Position numbers and translations under genes: made by a program | NCBI GenBank assembly: GCA_024697865.1 | Contig: JAILSC010000019.1 | Coordinates: 23,526-87,525, forward strand | Length of the DNA: 64,000 bases | Direction of reading: 5' to 3' | DNA from: Candidatus Saccharimonadota bacterium | GTDB lineage: Bacteria; Patescibacteriota; Saccharimonadia; Saccharimonadales; Saccharimonadaceae | Notes under the pieces: model-generated | The model's input: the letters and a program-made list of their open reading frames with translations, nothing else | Told to the model about the DNA's origin: nothing | The model's database searches: none | Shown here: in pieces, positions 18,989 to 28,166 of the stretch | How positions within the stretch are numbered: position 1 is the stretch's first letter | Layout: each line of letters opens with the position of its first letter

Positions 18989-19729
18989 ATGGATAATAAT
19001 CAAATATCGCAAACCCCAAACCCAGAGCCGGTATTAGAGCCTACGCCGAACCCGATACCAGAACCAACTCCGGAACCAACTCCAGAGCCGACTCCGGAAC
19101 CAACTCCGAAACCCATTCCTACTACTCCGCCCCAAAAGTCCGCCAAAAAACTTACTATCGCAGTAGTCATCTGTCTTATTTTATCAGCGGTTGGCATAGG
19201 CTTAGGTATCTATAACATTATCCAACACAATAATCTTGCAAATTCTTTCGATACCGCAAACATTACTAATGGCACCCAGAATAATTCAGATCAGTCCACT
19301 AACGCTTTTTCAGGCCAAACTACTAGCGCCAACAGTGTAGAGTACAAATGTACTCCTCCTACCAGCACAGACGATATCCTCAGCATCAACATTCAAAGTA
19401 GCCCCGAAGCCAGGTTCCTCATTACTCCTAACCCCGGCGAAATTGATTTCATTAATTACACCACCGATGAAACCGGTGAAAAAGTCGAGTCCAGCACCAT
19501 GGCAACTACTGACACCTCCGAAATCGTCAACTATGCCTATCAAAATACTCTTAACAATTTGGGCGATCCCGACTACGATCAGATCTATTCCACCGGCCCC
19601 GACACTCTTTGGTATATCAGCCTCCAAAGCAACACCAACAACAGTGAATGTATGGTCATCGGCCAAGATAACCCTCCTGCCTGGTTCACTACTCTTGTCG
19701 ACATGCTTGAAGCTAAAAGGAATAGTTAA
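18989..19729 (+). CDS. Hypothetical single-pass membrane protein with an N-terminal (PEPT)n repeat
   Basis: PEPTPEPTPEPTP repeat encoded at about 19020-19120, one TM helix, soluble C-terminal domain. Confidence 0.7.
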   Translation: MDNNQISQTPNPEPVLEPTPNPIPEPTPEPTPEPTPEPTPKPIPTTPPQKSAKKLTIAVVICLILSAVGIGLGIYNIIQHNNLANSFDTANITNGTQNNSDQSTNAFSGQTTSANSVEYKCTPPTSTDDILSINIQSSPEARFLITPNPGEIDFINYTTDETGEKVESSTMATTDTSEIVNYAYQNTLNNLGDPDYDQIYSTGPDTLWYISLQSNTNNSECMVIGQDNPPAWFTTLVDMLEAKRNS

Positions 19730-19732
19730 TTT

Positions 19733-21547
19733 ATGAACATCCTTATCGTGGGCAACATTCTTAAGGATGTCTATCTAAACCTTGACTCTCGTACCGAGAA
19801 ATTCGAAACCGACAAGAACGAGACCAAATGGCTAGATCTAGCCTTTAACGCCTCCGAACATCACTTTTTTCATCGTGAATCCAGCTATGGTGGAGCTGCA
19901 GTTACTTTAGAAGTTTTACAAAAACTCGGCCTAGATGCGGCCATATCCAACTCACACCTTAGTTTTCAACACGAAAATAATCTTAATAACCTTACCACTG
20001 CTTATCGTTATATTCTTATTGCCGATGAAGGAGTCACCTATCTCGCCCCCAGTAAATTCACTACCGCCACCTTCAACGCCCCTAATTTTCCAGTCGATTA
20101 TCTTTATCTAGATCGTTCCGCCGAAATCACCGCCACTACTGCTGGTCAAATCACAAATTTCCTCAAAAACTCCCCTAGCACTAAATTAATCATTTATGTT
20201 CGTAATTTTCATAATCATCAGCTCAATCAACTCCTCCCTCAGGCGGAACTAATCTTTACTGAAACTTCTAATGCTCCTGAATTACAGAACCTCAACCCCG
20301 CCAAAATCGTCTATCTCTCTGACAATAAATTAACCTACGCCAACATCGCTGAGCCCATCTCGGCCAATCGCACCAACGTCCTCACTCATCTTTCTCTTTA
20401 TTCTATCGTTTCTGCCACCATTTTGGGGAGCTTCATTCTTGGCTACTCAGTAGAAGATAGCCTCAAGCTCGCTCGCATCAATTTAGAAAATTCCAAGCTC
20501 AACTCCGTGCTTACTCTCACTGAGCTTCAAGAATTAGCCACTCATACCATCATAAAGAACAGTCTAGAATTAATCGCTAGAAACCTCGTTTTACATCCCA
20601 AAGGCATTCTTGCCGCTGACGAATCTGGCGGCAGTATTCATAAAAAATTTGCTAGTCTAAATATCCCAGACACCTATGACAATCGTCGTGACTATCGTAA
20701 TATCTTTTTTACTACTCCAGGCCTCGAACAACATGTCAACGGCGTCATCCTTTTTGACGAAACCGCTCGCCAGCAAGCCGATAATGGCCAAAATTTCGTA
20801 GATTTTCTCACTGGTAAGCGCATTATTCCTGGCATTAAAGTCGATCAAGGACTCGAAAAATTCCAAGCCTCCGAAGAAACTTACACTAAGGGCCTAGTTG
20901 GCTTAGAAAAACGTCTTGCAGAGTATTATCAAATGGGCCTACGTTTTGCCAAGTGGCGCGCCGCTTTCGAAATTCGCACCAACGATAATGGCGATATCCT
21001 CACCCCTACCGATTACGCTATTCACGAGAATTGCCAAATCCTCGCCGAATACGCTAAAGCCTGCCAAACAGCCGGGCTCGTCCCCATCGTCGAACCAGAG
21101 CTAGTTTACAATGGTAATTATTCTATCGAGCAATCCGCCGTCACTACTGCTAAAATTCTAGATGCTCTCTTTGCCGAATTGAACAATCAAGATATCAATC
21201 TCAAAGCCTGCATTCTCAAAGTCAATATGGTTCTCGCTGGCAAACAGCAAGGGAATCAATCTACCCCAGAAGAAGTTGGTGAAAAAACTGCCGAAATTCT
21301 CAAAAACCACGTCCCCGCAGAATTAGCTGGCATAGTATTCCTCTCTGGTGGCCAAACTCCCGAGCAGGCCACCGACAATCTTGCTGCCATCATTAAACAC
21401 GGTCCTTATCCTTGGCCTGTCACCTTTTCTTTTGCTCGTGCCCTCCAAGACCCCGCACTCTTCACTTGGGCAGGAGACAACAATAACGCCGAAAAAGCCC
21501 GCCAAGCTTTCCTTGACAGGCTTATCGCTAATACTAAAGTATTGTAA
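19733..21547 (+). CDS. Fusion: degenerate PfkB/ribokinase-like domain plus class I fructose-bisphosphate aldolase
   Basis: C-terminal half: KGILAADES, GVILFDET, PGIKVD.G, FAKWRA, VPIVEPE, FLSGGQ, TFSFARALQ. N-terminal half: VGN...D.Y and GG.A pattern of PfkB. Confidence 0.85.
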   Translation: MNILIVGNILKDVYLNLDSRTEKFETDKNETKWLDLAFNASEHHFFHRESSYGGAAVTLEVLQKLGLDAAISNSHLSFQHENNLNNLTTAYRYILIADEGVTYLAPSKFTTATFNAPNFPVDYLYLDRSAEITATTAGQITNFLKNSPSTKLIIYVRNFHNHQLNQLLPQAELIFTETSNAPELQNLNPAKIVYLSDNKLTYANIAEPISANRTNVLTHLSLYSIVSATILGSFILGYSVEDSLKLARINLENSKLNSVLTLTELQELATHTIIKNSLELIARNLVLHPKGILAADESGGSIHKKFASLNIPDTYDNRRDYRNIFFTTPGLEQHVNGVILFDETARQQADNGQNFVDFLTGKRIIPGIKVDQGLEKFQASEETYTKGLVGLEKRLAEYYQMGLRFAKWRAAFEIRTNDNGDILTPTDYAIHENCQILAEYAKACQTAGLVPIVEPELVYNGNYSIEQSAVTTAKILDALFAELNNQDINLKACILKVNMVLAGKQQGNQSTPEEVGEKTAEILKNHVPAELAGIVFLSGGQTPEQATDNLAAIIKHGPYPWPVTFSFARALQDPALFTWAGDNNNAEKARQAFLDRLIANTKVL

Positions 21548-22252
21548 TTATTCAGCCTTTTCGGCGTCAGCTGCTTCTTCTGGTTTAGTTTCTTCCGCAG
21601 TTTCTTCTGCTCCAGCTCCTGCTTCCCCTTCAGCCGCGGCTTCAGCTTCTGCCGCCGTCTCTTCCGCTGCGCGCTTCTCAGCTTCTGCAGCCGGATCGTA
21701 AAGCGAAGCTACAATTTGTTCTTGGTCTAATTCTTTATCTGCAAATTCCACGCCTTCTGGTAACTTAATATCCGCAATCGTCAATTTATCCTCGATGGCC
21801 TCTAACTTAGAAGCGTCAATTGTTAATTCTTTCGGTAAATCAGCAGGCTTAGCTTTAACCTCAAGCTCAGTCACGGTTTGGTTATAAGCCAAATGATAAG
21901 TCTTAGCTGCTTCCGAAGCCCCAAATTCAACAATCATTACTGGAGTAGTTGCCGTCACGGCTGCTCTAGCTGAAATCGCTTTAAATTCCACATTTAGAAT
22001 CTTTCGTGAAACTGGATCAACTTGCACATTCTTAACGATAGCTAACTGCTTCTTGCCCGCAATGTCTAAATCTATCGGCGAATGATAACCAGCCTTGCCT
22101 AGAACTTTCTCAGTCGCGACATATTCGCTAGCCGCCAACATTGGCTCCTTTATCCCATAAATTACTGAAGGGATCATCCCCTTGTCTCTCAAATCTTTTA
22201 ATTTCTTGCCAGTCAGCTCTCGCTTCTCTAGCGTCAACTTATATTCAGCCAT
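21548..22252 (-). CDS. rplY: 50S ribosomal protein L25 / general stress protein Ctc
   Basis: LRDKGMIPSVIYG, VQVDPV.R.ILNVEF, P.DLP.ELTID.S.L, acidic tail. Confidence 0.92.
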   Translation of the reverse strand: MAEYKLTLEKRELTGKKLKDLRDKGMIPSVIYGIKEPMLAASEYVATEKVLGKAGYHSPIDLDIAGKKQLAIVKNVQVDPVSRKILNVEFKAISARAAVTATTPVMIVEFGASEAAKTYHLAYNQTVTELEVKAKPADLPKELTIDASKLEAIEDKLTIADIKLPEGVEFADKELDQEQIVASLYDPAAEAEKRAAEETAAEAEAAAEGEAGAGAEETAEETKPEEAADAEKAE

Positions 22253-22301
22253 AAATAATTCCTTTCTAGTTCTTTTATTTTATCACTTTTCCCTATTTTT
22301 T

Positions 22302-22736
22302 TCAAGAAACGCGCTTTACCTTCACCATCGCCGGCCTAAGTACTTCCCCTTCATAATAATAGCCCGGTCTCAGAGTTTCAGCCACTACCTCCTGCTCGCC
22401 TTCACCTTCCGCCATTACCGCATCATGTATATCCGGATTAAATTCCGCCCCTTCTTTAGAGGCAATCTTGGCTAATTCCAATTCCTTCAAGGTTTTAGCT
22501 AAAGATTTTTCTAGCGGCTTCAATTCCGCATAACTATCTATCGCTCGATCTAAATCGTCTAATAGCGGTAATACTTTAGAAATCGTGGCAAATTTTACCG
22601 CTTTTTTCTCTTGAGTTTTTTGTAATTCTATTTGCTTCCGAAAATTTTCAAAATCTGCCCGTGTCCGCTGTAAATCCGCAGTTAATTCTGCTATTTTTGC
22701 TTCTGTTTCTGGCGTGTTCGTAGCTTTCTCCTTCAT
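22302..22736 (-). CDS. grpE: Nucleotide exchange factor GrpE
   Basis: R..ADFENFRK, LLDDLDRA, FNPDIHDAV, GY...GEVLRPAMVKV. Confidence 0.96.
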   Translation of the reverse strand: MKEKATNTPETEAKIAELTADLQRTRADFENFRKQIELQKTQEKKAVKFATISKVLPLLDDLDRAIDSYAELKPLEKSLAKTLKELELAKIASKEGAEFNPDIHDAVMAEGEGEQEVVAETLRPGYYYEGEVLRPAMVKVKRVS

Positions 22737-22745
22737 TAATCCTCC

Positions 22746-23507
22746 TCATAAAATATCTTCTAACATTTGTCCTGCATGTCGCACTAGTGCCATCACTCGC
22801 GCATAATTCTGTCGCGTTGGTCCTAATACGCCAATATAACTTTGGTCTGAAAACGGTGATTTAAAGCGTGAAATAATCAATGATACTTCTGAATTTTTAC
22901 CGATTGGATTCTCGTGTCCAATAAAAATATTCAAAGCTTCACCGGGCGCCGCTTCCCTTAGCCAAGGCTCTAGATTATCCAATAATTTTGCTACCGCCTG
23001 CACTCTTCGAGTATCGCCAAATTCTGGCTGAGTAAATAATCTAGCCATCCCCGACAGATATAATTGGCCATCTATTGTAGCCAAACCTAAATTGCCAGTC
23101 AATTCCACTAAAGCATCCACTGCTCCCCTAATTGCGGCATCCGCTCGCGACTGCGAATTTACTCGCACCTCTAGTGCGTGTAATCCGCGATTCAATCTAT
23201 TATCTGCTCTCGCTTCTGGCATTTGAGCTACATATGCTGCATCCATGCCATAATCTCGCCCACCCTCCTTCACTTCTAAATGGTTGACGTAATATCGGTA
23301 GCCAGCGTCTGTTGGTACTCGCCCCGCCGAAGTATGCGGCTGAGCAATTAGTCCCATTGCTTCTAGTCTAGCCATTTCCGCTCGTATCGTCGCCGGCGAC
23401 ACATGAAAAAGCTTAGCCATCGTCACGCTACCTACTGGCGATGCCGTCTCTGCATATTCCTCTATAATTTGACAAAGTATTTCTTCTTGCCGTGGCGTAA
23501 TTTCCAT
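22746..23507 (-). CDS. hrcA: Heat-inducible transcription repressor HrcA (short form)
   Basis: IIEEY.ETASPVGS, SPATIRAEMA.LE..G...QPHTSAGRVPTD.GYRYYV, GVLGPTRQNY. Confidence 0.95.
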   Translation of the reverse strand: MEITPRQEEILCQIIEEYAETASPVGSVTMAKLFHVSPATIRAEMARLEAMGLIAQPHTSAGRVPTDAGYRYYVNHLEVKEGGRDYGMDAAYVAQMPEARADNRLNRGLHALEVRVNSQSRADAAIRGAVDALVELTGNLGLATIDGQLYLSGMARLFTQPEFGDTRRVQAVAKLLDNLEPWLREAAPGEALNIFIGHENPIGKNSEVSLIISRFKSPFSDQSYIGVLGPTRQNYARVMALVRHAGQMLEDIL

Positions 23508-23524
23508 ATCTTAATTATACAAAA

Positions 23525-23551
23525 TTAGCACTAAAAACGCAAGAGTGCTAA
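23525..23551. promoter_or_regulatory. CIRCE operator upstream of hrcA-grpE
   Basis: TTAGCACTA-N9-GAGTGCTAA, one mismatch to the consensus. Confidence 0.92.
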
Positions 23552-23591
23552 TTTTGTATCTGCTTAAATAAAACTGTGTTATTATCATATT

Positions 23592-24209
23592 ATGGATAAC
23601 GAAATTACCGCCATCAAAGAGTGGCTCGGCACTGGTTCGATCAATCTCTTCGGCCTCCCCATGTCCGGCAAAGACACCCAAGGGATTAGATTAGCCGAAA
23701 CCTTAGGCGGTAAATTCTTAAGTTCCGGCATGATTATCCGAGCTATGGAAAAACAAACCAAGCAGCATTTTTCCGATCAAGGCATTCTTGCGCCTACTAA
23801 TATTTTCTACGAATGGGTTTTGCCCTATTTTAAACGTCCTGATCTCAGTCAATACCCTTTAATTCTTTCTTCTATTGGTCGTTGGCACGGTGAAGAAGAT
23901 CGCGTCATGTCTGCCGCAGCTGATGCTGGCCACGAAACCAAAGCCGTTATCGTTCTTAATGTCTCTGAAGCCGACGTCGCCAAACGTTTTGAGGCTGCCA
24001 AAGTCCTCAATGACCGTGGCGATCGCGCCGACGACAAAAACACTCAAATCTTTCAAACCAGAATTAAGGAATTTCGCATCAAAACCGCTCCAGTACTGCA
24101 ATATTATATGTCTAAAGGTTTACTTATTGAAGTTAATGGTGACCAAACCCGTGAAAAAGTCTTTCACGAAATTATCGACAAACTCTACCAACGCGCTATT
24201 ACCGATTAA
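23592..24209 (+). CDS. Nucleoside monophosphate kinase, adenylate-kinase family (divergent paralog)
   Basis: FGLPMSGKDTQ, LSSG.IIR, R.DD....F..RIKEF...T.PVL.YY. Confidence 0.8.
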   Translation: MDNEITAIKEWLGTGSINLFGLPMSGKDTQGIRLAETLGGKFLSSGMIIRAMEKQTKQHFSDQGILAPTNIFYEWVLPYFKRPDLSQYPLILSSIGRWHGEEDRVMSAAADAGHETKAVIVLNVSEADVAKRFEAAKVLNDRGDRADDKNTQIFQTRIKEFRIKTAPVLQYYMSKGLLIEVNGDQTREKVFHEIIDKLYQRAITD

Positions 24210-25656
24210 TCTTGATTTTCTTTCCTATTTTCTTGATTTCGTCTCTAAACTCCCATCCTAGATAAATCAAGCCCACACCCAGCACCCCCAATACCGCATA
24301 TAGTGCAATGAACGCTGTATTTTCATCGTAATTTTCTGGCGTCAAACCATAATCTGCACCTTTATTTTCTGTAATTCTCTTACATCGATTGGTCTCCGGA
24401 TTCAAGTAATATCCTTCTTTACAGGTTTTTTCTTTCGTATCGGCCATTTTCCTACATCGCCCCGTCAAAATATTCAAATAATATCCTTCCTGGCATATTT
24501 TCGCACTAACATTAGTCACTTTAACACAATTTCCTGTCACTTCATTTATCACTTTCCCCGCTTCGCAGGTCTTAAATTCCTGATAATTATTTGGTGCTCC
24601 TGGCGTTGGGGCGTAGGTAGTCTTCCAAATTTTATTGCCACTCTCATTATATCCTAACCACGCATAGGCAGCCCCCTTTCTTTGTCCATTCGGATATTCC
24701 ATCGTATCCACTACCTCATCATTCACATCTATCAGTTCTAGCCTATTTGCGTTTGTTGGATTTTTAGTCAGTCTAAATCCCACTGGATAATATGCATGAT
24801 AACCATCCGGTTTCACAACTCCCGAAAGTAGATATTTCTTATTTTTGTATCGCACCTTGCAGCCATCCAGATCCACCGCTCCAGTCCCCGTATTATGAAA
24901 TTCCACAAATTGTTCCGCCTTGTCAGTTTCATAATAACTTAGGATCTCCGAAAACTGCATTTCACGACATTTTGGCATCGCTCCTACTTCCATTTCATTA
25001 GAATCATCTTCCTTTACCTCTACATAATAATTTTTAGCATCATAACTTGGCTCATAAATGAATTCATGAGTAAATTCTCCTGTCTCTAAATTACGTACTA
25101 AAGTAGTCGGTTTGGCCGAATCAAAAGCCTTATAACATCCCTCCTTGCCAGTCCAACATACTTCATCTAAAACCTCCCCATCTATTATCAAAGCAATTTT
25201 TGCACTCATCGCCAAAGTCTTGCTATAAGCTAAGTTGGCTAGTTCAGCTCCAGGTGAACTAGCCAACTTGAGGAGGAGAGTCTCGCCAGTCATTTGGCTA
25301 TGCTCGGGAAACTCACGTAGAATCGAGGTATTCCCGCTTGAATTAGTATAGCTGATAGCCATTCCAGCGAGCAAAATCGGTGCGTCGGAGTTTCCAGTAC
25401 GGGCAATTTCAATCATTTCTCCGACATTATTTATCCCGCCAACCTTATAACCAGGGTTAACGGCTCTTATATATAATTCAGGCAATTCTTCGACTTCGTC
25501 ATTCAATTCATCGCCTAGTCCATCGTCCGATTTCTCTTCCGCTTCAGCATACGCGTCTAAGTTGTTTACCGCGCCCACTAAAGCCCCGATTGCTGGCCAC
25601 ACTCCACTGACCATCAACCCAAAACCAAGCATCAATATCATTATTTTTTTCTTCAT
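24199..25656 (-). CDS. Secreted protein with lamin-tail-like domains, Cys-rich repeats and a C-terminal TM helix
   Basis: Signal peptide; FSEIL...EQFVEFHNTG...VDLDG; repeated CKEGYYLNPETNRC-type motifs. Confidence 0.7.
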   Translation of the reverse strand: MKKKIMILMLGFGLMVSGVWPAIGALVGAVNNLDAYAEAEEKSDDGLGDELNDEVEELPELYIRAVNPGYKVGGINNVGEMIEIARTGNSDAPILLAGMAISYTNSSGNTSILREFPEHSQMTGETLLLKLASSPGAELANLAYSKTLAMSAKIALIIDGEVLDEVCWTGKEGCYKAFDSAKPTTLVRNLETGEFTHEFIYEPSYDAKNYYVEVKEDDSNEMEVGAMPKCREMQFSEILSYYETDKAEQFVEFHNTGTGAVDLDGCKVRYKNKKYLLSGVVKPDGYHAYYPVGFRLTKNPTNANRLELIDVNDEVVDTMEYPNGQRKGAAYAWLGYNESGNKIWKTTYAPTPGAPNNYQEFKTCEAGKVINEVTGNCVKVTNVSAKICQEGYYLNILTGRCRKMADTKEKTCKEGYYLNPETNRCKRITENKGADYGLTPENYDENTAFIALYAVLGVLGVGLIYLGWEFRDEIKKIGKKIKINR

Positions 25657-25715
25657 GCTAGAACGCTATCACGACCTCCCTAGGATTGCAACCTTTTTTA
25701 TGCTATAATTGAAAC

Positions 25716-26414
25716 ATGAGCGTTTTGACCGCTGTGGGAATTTTGGTTCTAGCCATGTTAATCATGGCTTCTCTACAACTCGTACCGGGTATTTTTGCAC
25801 TTTTTTCTCACTACGTCGCCGGCAAATATCCTCGTTCTCGAGCTACTGATTTATCAACTTTTTTCATTCTCGGCGTCGAAACTTCAGTCGTCGTCATCTT
25901 CTTCTGTACTTATGCCATTCTCTGCTGTTCACCAGCCGTTACTTTTATTGTCGATAGCGACATTTTTGCCTGGACTATGGCCGGAATCTTCATCGCTCTC
26001 ACCCTTGGCATTCTTGGATTTTATTTCCGTAAAGGCCCTGGCACTAAATTGTTTATTTCTCGTCGGTTAGCTTCTAATTTCAACGCTAAAGTTATTGCTA
26101 CCAAAACTCGTTCCGACGCTTTTACCCTTGGTCTTACCGCTAGCGTACCAGAACTCATTTTCACTTTGCCTATCTACCTCATGGCTGCTATTTCCATCAT
26201 GCGTTTAGATTCTACCCCCTTAGAGCGCGCCGGCATCATTCTTCTCTTTGCCATTGTCTCTGTCTTTCCTCTTATTATAATCCATCATTTGTCCAATCAC
26301 AATTTTGCTGATTTTATCAAATTCCGTTTCAAGAACAAGGCCTTCTTTCGCTTCGTACTGGCTTTATTTTATCTATTCATCGCTGCTTTAATTATTCTAG
26401 GAGTTACTGCATGA
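25716..26414 (+). CDS. Hypothetical polytopic membrane protein
   Basis: About 6 hydrophobic helices. Confidence 0.7.
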   Translation: MSVLTAVGILVLAMLIMASLQLVPGIFALFSHYVAGKYPRSRATDLSTFFILGVETSVVVIFFCTYAILCCSPAVTFIVDSDIFAWTMAGIFIALTLGILGFYFRKGPGTKLFISRRLASNFNAKVIATKTRSDAFTLGLTASVPELIFTLPIYLMAAISIMRLDSTPLERAGIILLFAIVSVFPLIIIHHLSNHNFADFIKFRFKNKAFFRFVLALFYLFIAALIILGVTA

Positions 26415-26656
26415 CCTCTACCCCCCTTGACCTCAAAAAACTAAAAGCTGAGCTTAAGATTCACGCTCACGCCTTAGGTATTCCCACCGGCGCTGCTGAT
26501 GACTTTATCAAACGTGCCATCCAAGATGTCACCAAGGCCCTAAAACCCAAAAAAATTATTACCGACCAAGACTTAAAACGCCTAGTTACTAAAGAATTAA
26601 AGAAATATCACAAAGATCTTGCTTATGTTTACGAAAATCATGATAAAATAATATAA
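26411..26656 (+). CDS. Hypothetical protein
   Basis: 81 aa, translationally coupled to its neighbours. Confidence 0.65.
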   Translation: MTSTPLDLKKLKAELKIHAHALGIPTGAADDFIKRAIQDVTKALKPKKIITDQDLKRLVTKELKKYHKDLAYVYENHDKII

Positions 26657-26658
26657 AG

Positions 26659-28026
26659 ATGGGTAAAAAATACGATTTCCAATACATAGTAATCGGTAGC
26701 GGTCCTGCTGGTGCTACTGCCGCACTTAAATTAGCTAAAGCCAAAAAGAAGGTAGCTTTAATCGAAAGTCGCTTTTTTGGCGGTACCAATACTAATACGC
26801 GTGACATCCCTTACGCCGCAGCATTAAGGTTTTCTCACGCTTACGCTCATATTCAAACTTTTCCCGAACTGAGAAGTCAAGATTTTCATTTTAACTTGCC
26901 CACAATTCCTGCACGTCAACTCAAAGTCGTCATTGAATCGGGCGGCAACAATAAAAAACCTTTTGAGACGGCTGGTATCACCTGTATTAAAGGGTTTGCC
27001 AATTTTCTTGATCAACACACTGTCGCTGTCAACGAAAAAAAGTTCACTGCCGAAAATTTCATCCTTGCTACTGGCGCGCATCTTAAAGTCAGCGAGATCA
27101 CCGGTACCGACACCGTCAAATGTTTAACTCCCGAATCCGCCATCAAAATCGCGCGCGCGCCAAAAGTCGCCGCCATTATCGGCGGAGGCAGTACTGGTGT
27201 CGAAATTGCTGAGTATTACGCCGAATTGGGCATCAAAGTTATGCTTTTCGAAACAGCTGAGCGCCTACTCCCTCGCGAAGATTACGAAGTCGGTAACTGT
27301 CTTGCCGATTACCTCACTCAACGCCTCGGCGTCACTGTTCTACCTAGTTGTAGAGTCACCGCTGTTGAGCAAGACGAATTTAGCAAATGCGTAATTTTCC
27401 GCCACGATAATTCTGAAAAAATGGTACGCGTAGATTGTATCGTTCTCGCTACCGGCAGCGAACCCAACCTAGATTACGGGCTCGAGAATGCCAAAGTCAA
27501 ATTCAAAAATTCCGGCATCACCGTCAACCGCTATTTCGAAACTTCAGCTAAAAATATCTACGCTATCGGTGATTGCCGTGGTGGAGAATCTTCCACCGAC
27601 TTAGCTCACGCTGAAGGTACCACTCTTGCCAATAATATCATCAACAAAGTTAAAAGCCCAGTCAATTATCAAGGTTTTATTCGTAGCGTTAACACTTTTC
27701 CGCAAGTTGCCACCGTAGGCTTCAACGAAGACGATCTTCTAAAACGCGACCGCAAATATAAAAAGGCCATTGTCAAACTTAGCGATACTTCTGCCAGCAA
27801 AATTGACAACTTCGATTATGGCTTTATTAAATTATTAGCCGATCGCTCCAACCACATCATTGGCGCCACAATCGTTGCCCCTCATGCTGAATTAATGGCT
27901 GCCGAACTAGCTGTTGCTGTTCGTCATAACCTTACTGTAATTGAGCTCGCCAGTAATCCTCACTCTATCAATAGTTATAATTATCTAATTAAACTTGCCG
28001 CCAAAAAGTTGTTGACTAAAAAGTAA
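26659..28026 (+). CDS. Class I pyridine nucleotide-disulfide oxidoreductase homolog (Lpd-like) lacking the redox cysteines
   Basis: GSGPAG, IIGGGSTGVEIA, IYAIGD; GGTNTNTRDIP replaces the GGxCxxxxCIP motif. Confidence 0.85.
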   Translation: MGKKYDFQYIVIGSGPAGATAALKLAKAKKKVALIESRFFGGTNTNTRDIPYAAALRFSHAYAHIQTFPELRSQDFHFNLPTIPARQLKVVIESGGNNKKPFETAGITCIKGFANFLDQHTVAVNEKKFTAENFILATGAHLKVSEITGTDTVKCLTPESAIKIARAPKVAAIIGGGSTGVEIAEYYAELGIKVMLFETAERLLPREDYEVGNCLADYLTQRLGVTVLPSCRVTAVEQDEFSKCVIFRHDNSEKMVRVDCIVLATGSEPNLDYGLENAKVKFKNSGITVNRYFETSAKNIYAIGDCRGGESSTDLAHAEGTTLANNIINKVKSPVNYQGFIRSVNTFPQVATVGFNEDDLLKRDRKYKKAIVKLSDTSASKIDNFDYGFIKLLADRSNHIIGATIVAPHAELMAAELAVAVRHNLTVIELASNPHSINSYNYLIKLAAKKLLTKK

Positions 28027-28052
28027 TAATACTATATAATATACAAGTACAT

Positions 28053-28129
28053 CGCGGGGTAGAGCAGTCCGGTAGCTCGTTTGGCTCATAACCAAAAGGT
28101 CGCTGGTTCAAATCCAGCCCCCGCAACCA
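28053..28129 (+). tRNA. Initiator tRNA-fMet(CAT)
   Basis: C1:A72 mismatch, A11-T24 pair, CAT anticodon, CCA. Confidence 0.92.
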
Positions 28130-28166
28130 CAATTAACGACTAGAGCGCCTCCGGGACTCTATTTTT

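Noticed and set aside
19020-19120. Tandem 12-bp-period repeat
   Set aside because: It is a protein-level PEPT linker with synonymous variation; ordinary low-complexity coding sequence.
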